NCBI RefSeq assembly: GCF_009914755.1
Contig: NC_060927.1
Length of the DNA stretch: 64,000 bases
Strand: one strand, 5' to 3'
DNA from: the human T2T-CHM13v2.0 reference genome, Homo sapiens
Each line of letters starts with the position of its first letter. Positions within the stretch are counted from its first letter, which is position 1. The notes under the pieces are model-generated. The model was not told the origin of the DNA. It saw nothing but the letters and a program-made list of their open reading frames with translations, and did not search any database. The translations under genes were made by a program, and so were the position numbers. Below are positions 54,860-64,000 of this stretch, piece after piece.

Positions 54860-55041
54860 TGTATACTAAAGTCACAACCTTCTGCAGAACCTCGACCTGG
54901 ATACTGGGCCAGTCGCAAGGCTAAACTCTTGAGCCGTCTCCTCCATTCCAAAAAATCTTGGGTGTGGTAAAAATCAGTAGAGGCTGAGAGGGGCAGTCCA
55001 TCCCTTACCCGTACCACGCAGGCAAAAAAGATCACGGACAT
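54860..55041 (-). CDS. SEC22C: SEC22C first coding exon (exon spans 55068-54860; MSVIFFACVVRVRDGLPLSAS...GCDFSI), longin domain start
   Basis: Acceptor ag at 55070-55069, 27 nt UTR, accATG at 55041, CA|gtaagt donor; R-x-x-DGLPL longin motif. Confidence 0.96.
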
Positions 55042-55794
55042 GGTCCACAAGAGAAGTCATGAGGACACCTGAGGAAAGCAAGGTCACCTTGTTACTGAGG
55101 CTCAAATGACAGTGCCAGAAATACCCCCACCTGTGAAATGCCCACTCTAGGGTTTTTCACCCTCATTCTTACTATAATTGCAAATGTTGCTTTTATTGTT
55201 ATTTCCCTGGCCTCTACTGCTATATCACTCCCAACTTTCCTCCCTTCATTATCCTCCCTGCCTTTTCTGCAGTTGTAATTCTCTTTTTCTTTTTCTCTAA
55301 TGAGTCTCTCCCTTTCCAGAATTAAGCCAACTGGGATGATGGGGAAAGGAATAGAGAAGAACGGACGCAGGACCAGAGGGCTCAGGACCAACAGTAGTAA
55401 TGGCAGGTAGCAGGACACAGAGCAAGACAGCCCTAAAGAGACAGGAAGCACCAGACACTGAAGCAGCGAGGATTGATGTCAGTGACCTGTGAACTTCAGG
55501 TCACCCATGGAGATAGGCACTAAGCAGTTTAGCTGCCATATCCTCACTTGCAAGGAGATAGAAGAAGGTGGAGAGATTCTGAGCATCTAACCTAATGCTG
55601 GTGACAAGGAAAGCAGAAGGCAAAAATGAAACCTCTAGATCATGTCCTTCTGAATTTCTGCAAATGTTTGATACAGAGTCAGTCTTCAAAGTGATGACTG
55701 AATCCCTACATATGGCTAAAGGCAATCATTTAGCAAATCATATTACAGTGATATGTGAATACCATTAAGAAACAGAAAGAAACAGATCTGAACC

Positions 55795-55955
55795 CTCGTG
55801 GTGCCTTGGGCAGATTAGGAAAGGATGCCTCTCTTGGTGGAAACAGGCCTGCACCATTTCTGCTAGCAGAGCCTGGCTGTGTTTTAGCCCTATCTGTTAA
55901 CACTGCAGGGTGCTTGTTCAGGGCATAACCTGTACATCTGTGAGTGGCAGCCCTG
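55795..55955. mobile_element. MER91-like remnant
   Basis: gcagattaggaaagg ... aacctgtacatctgtgagtggcagccctg. Confidence 0.45.
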
Positions 55956-57827
55956 CAATTAGGGATTAGTGAGGTGGCTATTACAGCTCAGATAAGTCTT
56001 TCCAATAGGATGTGTCCACACATCGTATTTCACAAATCCTCTACTTGACAGGATCCTCTACTATCAGGCCCTTTACTTGATAGGATGATAACAGGATACC
56101 AGTGGACCTCTCTTCCAAAGAACTCTAGGGATGCAACCTTATTTGGCATCTCAGTTCTTCATCTCAGAACCCCAAGATGCACACTACTCTTCATCTCTGT
56201 ACCTCTATGCATTCTTCACTTGTGTCTGCAATGCCACTCCTTTCATCTCTCCATATCCAAATGCAAATCAAAGACTGTCTCAAATCCACCTTCTCAGACT
56301 TGTCCAGCTAGAAGTACTTTCTCCCTCTTTTAAATTCTTAGGAAACCTACCTCTTTGTTCTCTATTTTACTGATTTTGCATTTCCACTACCAAAATATAA
56401 GTTCTAAGAATAAAGACCATGTCTGGAATGGATGAATGAATGAATAATTATTACCACAATATACATGTAGAAACTGCAGTGATATAAAAACACAAAGGAG
56501 GCAAAAAGAAAAATTAGGCTACCAGCCAACAGATCCTACACAGTCCATTTGACCCATTTCTCCACACCTTCCATTGGGGAGTAAAAATGTGAAAAGCCCC
56601 AGGACCCACACATAAAAGCTACTAAGTTTGCAGCACCAACGGCAGGACCAGGTCAACTGCCAGAAGACACTGTGGGTTTTACAGCAGACGCCTAGCCAAT
56701 GATGAGACCTCAAGGCACCACAAAAGGAATCAGGGGATTCCTTTTGTTCTATCTTCTATACTTTCGTAAGTATTTGAAATATTTAATTTTAAAACATTTT
56801 TTAAAAAGAGTTATAGGGCACAAAGCCCTGACAGACATAGGGAAAGGCTACAAGATCAATTTGAGACCAGGGCTTAGGCTCTCAACAATAACTCCAAAAA
56901 GAACCATAAGCCAAGATATGAAGACATTGAGGCCAAAAAGAGACAGTCAATGAGATACCAAAACAGTTAGAGACAGGACAGAAACACCCCAAAGCAAAAT
57001 AAGAAAGGTACTTTTTTGGGAGCTGAGTAAATTGTATGCCCCTCTAAAGGAAAGCAGTGTGCACTGACTCCAACTGTCAATTCCAAACATCCTCTGTAGT
57101 TCTGTCTTTATGGAGCATCTACCTTATGCCAGGTATTATCTTAAGCCAATAAAAAAGAAAAGGGTGACATTTCCAAGCGATGGTAATCAGAAGAACTAGT
57201 TTTACCACTCTCTAAAGGACCCAAATGACCCCTCCAGGTTCTCTACTTCTCCATCCTATCCTTTGGTGATCAAACTTGCTTTTCCTCAAATATTAGTATT
57301 CAAGATAAATAAATACCCCTCTTGTTTTTCAGTTCTATCAAGTTACTAGTACTGCAAACTAGTGAAACTCACATCTATTTTTTAAAAGTCTTTTTTAAAT
57401 ATTTGTGATGGTTTAATGAAGATGACACTGTGATACTAACTTGTTTGTGTGTATTTGTGAGTGTATGTGAATGTACAGGATGGCAGCTGCCTGAAGGGTT
57501 AAAAGATTTTATAGGCTGCCACGGAAGAGTATAAGAATGAAGACAACATCCTTGACATTATTTTCCTTTGTAAAAATATACTTTGTATTCTAAAAGATGG
57601 AAAAATAATAATACAAAAAGGAAGGGGCTTATCTTTACAGGGATTTGATATTTGTGAATTCAGGTTATGAGCTATTATGAGACAGCCTGTACTCAAATAA
57701 GAGATCTGACCACTGCTCAAAACAGAATGAACTTCTGCTTCTGGAAAGATGAAGTAGAAGTACTTTTCCCTACTTCTCCCTTGAAATACCCTGGACATTA
57801 TATATAAAATAAACATTTAAAAATTCT

Positions 57828-58043
<216 letters not shown>

Positions 58044-58892
58044 ATTCTGAAAGGTGGAGAAGGAAGAAGACTGGCTAGGGACCTTGGGGTCTGAGGAATG
58101 ACACAGCTGTGAGTCTGCTGAGTTTGTTTTTTCTTATTTGTTTGTTTGTTTGTCTCACATATCACAGACTGAGTGGTGGAGAAGCTAGCAAGAAATGCCA
58201 ATGGGTACAGACCAAAAAAAAAAAAAAAGCCAAAAAAACTTTGTTCTCTCCAGTCAAAAAAACTAGAAAAGGTAATGCATAGCAAAACAAAAAACTTGCA
58301 GGTAAAAAACTGCTCTACTCCAGCCAAACATCACAAAAAAACTGTAGCTACCACACACCTGCCAACGAAGGCCAAGTGAAGAGCCTAGACTTCCACCACT
58401 GCCCTACAGTAATGAAGTGCCCCATTCTCCACCTCCCATCCTGCCGGGGTAGCATCAGAGAAGGCCAAGTAGGGGGCTAGAGGGCAGTAATGAGCCATTC
58501 TCTCCCACTGTGTCACTGGGTAGACAGAATTCCTATCTCTCCCAGGCAATGATGAGCAGCCCCTTTCCCCCAGGGTGTTAACAGAGGCCACGTAGGGAAC
58601 CTGGACTTCTACTTCCATTGGGCAGTAATAAGACAGTCCCTTGCTTCCCCTGCTGGAGTGGTGTTCAGAAGGGCCAGCTAAAACAGAAGATTTTAGTAAG
58701 ATTCAGATCTCAAAACATCCAAAATGTAAGTTTCAATAGAAAATCACTGGCTATACTAAGAACCAGAAAAACCTCAGCTTCAATGAGAAGAGACATTAAT
58801 TGATGGCAACATCAAGATGACAGAGATATTAGAATTATCTAACAAAGAGTTTAAAACAGCCACCATAAAAATGCTTCAATGGTCAATTATAA

Positions 58893-59165
<273 letters not shown>

Positions 59166-59238
59166 TAAAAACTCTCAGTAAAGAAACAGAAGATATAAAA
59201 ACTAAATGGAGATTCTAGAATTAAAAATAAACCGAGGA

Positions 59239-59683
<445 letters not shown>

Positions 59684-60824
59684 TTAATTAACTAAAGTAA
59701 AAAATGCAATGGATGGACTCAATAGAAATATGGGGGGGAGGAGAAGAATGAATGAGTAAACATTAAGACAGAACATAGAAATTACTCAATCTGAACAATA
59801 TGAGAGGAACTAGATTGAAAAATATTTCACAGAGACTTGGAGACCTGTGAGACTCTAAAAAATGACCAACTATTCATGTTACTTGAGTCCTGGAGGACAA
59901 AAGAAAGAAGACAGGGCTGAAAAAGTATTCAAAGAAATAATTTCTGAATATTTCCCAAACTGTGCAAAAGACATAAGCCCAGAGATTCAAAGAAACTGAA
60001 CAAATCCCAGAAAGGATAAACCCAGAAACCCATGCCAGCACACAGACAGAAGCCCAACTTATGAAAACTAAAGACAAAGAAAAAATCTTGAAAGCAGCAA
60101 GAGAAAAATAATAACCTTACCTATAAGGGGAAAACAATTCAAATGACAGCAAATTTCTCATAGAAAACATGGAGGCCAAAAGGAAGTAGCACATTTTTCA
60201 AATACTAAAAGAAAAGAACTGCCAACCCAGAATCCTGTATTCAGCAAAAATATCCTTCAAGCAGCCAGGTGCAGTGGCATGTGTCTGTAGTCCCAGCTAT
60301 ACTGCTTGAGCCCCAGGAGTTCAAGTCCAGCCTAGGCAACATAGCAAGACCCTGTCTCAAAAAAAAAAAAAAAAAAGGAATAAAAGAAAAATTAAAGCAT
60401 ACTTAGATGAAGGAACATTAAAGGAATTTGTCAAGAAGTTCTCTAAACAGAAAGGAAATGATAAAAGAAGAAATCCTGGAATATCAGGAAGAAAGAAAGA
60501 ACAACAGAAAGGGTAAAAACTTTTAAAAATATGACAGATTATTCTCTCATGAGTTTTCTAAATTATGTTCGGTGAATGAAGCAATAATTATGTCTCATGT
60601 GGTTCTCAACATACGTAAAGGAACTATTTAAGACAATTATAAATGGGAGGGTTCAAAGACATAAAAGGAGGTAAAGTTTCTACATTTCATTTGAAATAGT
60701 AAAACACATCAGGAGACCACAACAAGTCATACACATACTCACACACAAACACATATACACCCCACTAAAAACTATACAAAGAGATATACTAAAAAACACT
60801 ATAGATTATAAAATGAAATTATTA

Positions 60825-61142
60825 TTTTTTGAGACAGGGTCTCACTCTGTCACCCAGTCTGGAACGCAGTGACACAATCATGGCTCACTGCTGCCTCAAC
60901 CTCAAGTCATCCTTCTGCCTCAGCCTCAAGACTCAAGTGATCCTTCTGCCTCAGCCTCCCAAGTAGCTGGGACTACAGACATGTACCGTTATACCCAGCT
61001 AATTTTTTAAAAGATATATTTTGTACAGACAGGATCTTGCTATGTTGCCACAGCTGGTCTTGAATTCCTGGTCTCAAGCAATCCTCCCATCTCAGCTTCC
61101 CAAAGTACTGGGATTACAGGCATGAGCCACTAGGCCTGGCCT
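60825..61142 (-). mobile_element. AluJ with a small internal duplication
   Basis: ctcaagt(c/g)atccttctgcctcagcctc occurs twice (~60901-60958). Confidence 0.87.
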
Positions 61143-63682
61143 AAAATGTAATTATTTTAAAATGTTCAAATTACCCACAAGAAGTCAAGGAAAAGAAAAC
61201 AGAGAAATAACAACAATGGCAACAACAAACAGAACAAACACAAAACAAAAAAGGGCAGACTTATTCCCTAATATATATCAATGATTACATTAAATGTAAA
61301 TGGTCTAAATATGACAATTGCCAAAACAGAGACTGACAGTAGATAAAAGACATGACCCAATTATATACTATCTACATGAAATTCACTTCCAGTATAACAA
61401 TATAGGTAGGTTGAAAGTAAATGGATGGAAAAAATATAGCATGCAAACATTAATCAAAAGAAGCAAGAGTTATATTATCATCAGATAGACTTCAGAGTGA
61501 AGAAAATGTCCAGGAACAAAGAAGGATATTACATAATGATAAAAGAATAAGTCCACTAAGAAGGCATAATAATCCTGAATGTGTTTGCACCAAACTTCAA
61601 AGATGTAAATAAGTGAAGCAAAAACTCATAAAGTGAAAGGAGGAACAGACAAATCCATAGTTATAGCTGGAGACTTCAATCAACTGCACCTCAAAAATTG
61701 ATAAGACAAGTAAACAGAAATCAGCAAAGATTTACAAAAAGAACTAGAAAACACTATCAACTAAAGGATATAATCATGATTTATAATATTGCATCCAACA
61801 ACAGAAGAATTCCTTTGAAGACCCCACAGAATAGGCTGGACACAATGGCTCATACCTGTAATCTCAGCCCTCTGGGAGGCCGAGGTGGGAGGATTGCTGA
61901 GGACAGGAGTTTAAGTCAAGAAACCACAGAATGTCTACCAAGATAGACCATATCCTGGACTATAAGACAAAACTCAATAAATTTAAAATAATTTATACAA
62001 AGTGTGTTATATGACCACAGTGTAATCAAATTATAAATTAATAACAGAAAGGTAAAGAAAACCTCCAAACACTTGAAAATTAAACACACACTTTAAAACA
62101 ATCCGTAAGTTAAAAAGGAAATATAAAGGAAATTAAAAAAATACATTGAACTAGACGAAAATGAAAATATATCAAAATTTGTGTCACACAGCTAAAACAG
62201 TACCGAGAGGGAAATCCATAGCACTAAATGCTTACATTCCAAAAGAAGAAAAGTCTCAAAACAGTAATTTAAGCTCACAAGTCAAGAAATTAGAAGAAGA
62301 GCAAAATAAACTTAAATCACAAACATGGAAGGAAATAATAGGATAGAAATCAATGAAATGGAAAATTTTAAAAACAGAGAAAAATCAATGAAACAAAAAG
62401 TTGGTCCTTTGGACAGAGTGATACTTCATCTAAAAAAAATTACATTTCTATATACGAACAATGAACATATAGAAACCAAAATTTAAATACCATTTATAAT
62501 CACTCTAAAAAATAATATCAATAAAGCTATAATTTTTTAAATAAAATACTTAGATATAAATCTAACAAAACATATACAGAACTTGTATGCTGAAAACTAC
62601 AAAATATTCCTGAAATCAAAGTGCTAAATAAATGGGGAGATATATCATGTTTTATGGATTGGAAGAGTCAACAAAGCAAAGATGTCAATTCTCCCCCAAA
62701 CTGATATACAGGTTTAATACAACTACTGAAAAAAAAAAATAAGCAAGCGAGTTTGTGGCTATAGATAAGATTATTCTAAAATGCGTATGAAAAGGCAAAG
62801 AAACTAAAATAGCTAAAGCAATTCTGAAAAAAGAATAAAATAGGAAAAACCATGCTATCCTACTTCAAGACTTATTATATAGCTATAGTAATCAAGATTG
62901 TGTGGTATTGTTGGAGGAATAGACATAGATCAATGAAACAGAATACAGAACCCAAAAATATACTTACATAAGTATATCTAACTGATTTTTTACAAAGTGC
63001 AAAAGTAATTTAAGGGAGGAAGGGTAGTCTTTTCTATAAATAGTGCCGGGAGTAAAAAGAAAGAATCTTGACCTAAACCTCACATCTTACATAAAAATTA
63101 ACTAAAAATTTATCATAGATATAAATATGAAAAATAAAACTATAAAACTGGAAGAAAACATAGGAGGAAATCTTCAGGACCTATGACTTGGTGAGGAGCT
63201 CTTAGATATGACACCAAAAGCATAATCCATAAGATAATTCGGAAAACTGGACTGCAACAAAATTGAACACTTTTCAATTTTGCTTCTCTAGGAAAGCCCA
63301 TGTGAAGAGGATGAAAAGACAAGCTAGAAATTGGGAGAAAATATCTGTAAACCACATATCTGATAAGCAACTCAAATCTAGAATGTATAAAGAACTCTTG
63401 AAATTCAACAGTGAAAAAACACAAACAATCCAATTTTAAAATGGGAAAAACACACATACAGACATTTCACAAAGAGGATATATGGATGGCAAATCAGAGC
63501 ATGAAAAGATATTGAGCTATTATGAAAATGCAACTTGAGACCCCAATGAGATAATACTACCTACCCATCAGAACAGCTAAAATGATAAATAGTGACAGTA
63601 TCAAACACTGGCAAGCATGGAGACAAACTGGATCTCTCATGCATTACTGGACTGTAAAATGGTATACTCTAGAAAAGTCTGG

Positions 63683-63985
<303 letters not shown>

Positions 63986-64000
63986 CACAGTTTGGCAGTT

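Overview
Human/primate genomic DNA (Alu-rich), recognisable as the VIPR1-SEC22C locus (3p22 from prior knowledge). On the + strand are 11 coding exons (exons 3-13) of VIPR1, the class B GPCR VPAC1, at 5218-22274, with a polyA signal at 23544. All splice junctions are GT-AG and the phases join up. On the - strand, convergent, is the complete 912-nt CDS of SEC22C (6 coding exons, 55041 down to 39242, 303 aa), a ~5.3-kb 3'UTR and an alternative terminal coding exon at 34651-34610. The rest is Alu, L1M, L2, MIR, MLT and hAT (MER) repeats plus microsatellites. No prokaryotic-type systems, RNA genes or CRISPR arrays were found. The most notable unexplained structures are: (1) two decayed intragenic copies of VIPR1 exon/5'-splice-site units (exon 5 copied into intron 3 at ~91% identity; exon 12 copied into intron 10 with an intact GAG|GTAAG donor); (2) a 55-bp micro-inversion that flipped an Alu's tail and its target-site duplication; (3) a duplicated perfect PAR-bZIP D-box pair in VIPR1 intron 2; (4) three co-oriented CTCF motifs from the VIPR1 3'UTR to just beyond the SEC22C 3' end; (5) an overlapping uORF in SEC22C; (6) a template-switch-like nested inverted Alu. 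Repeat boundaries and subfamily names are by-eye estimates.
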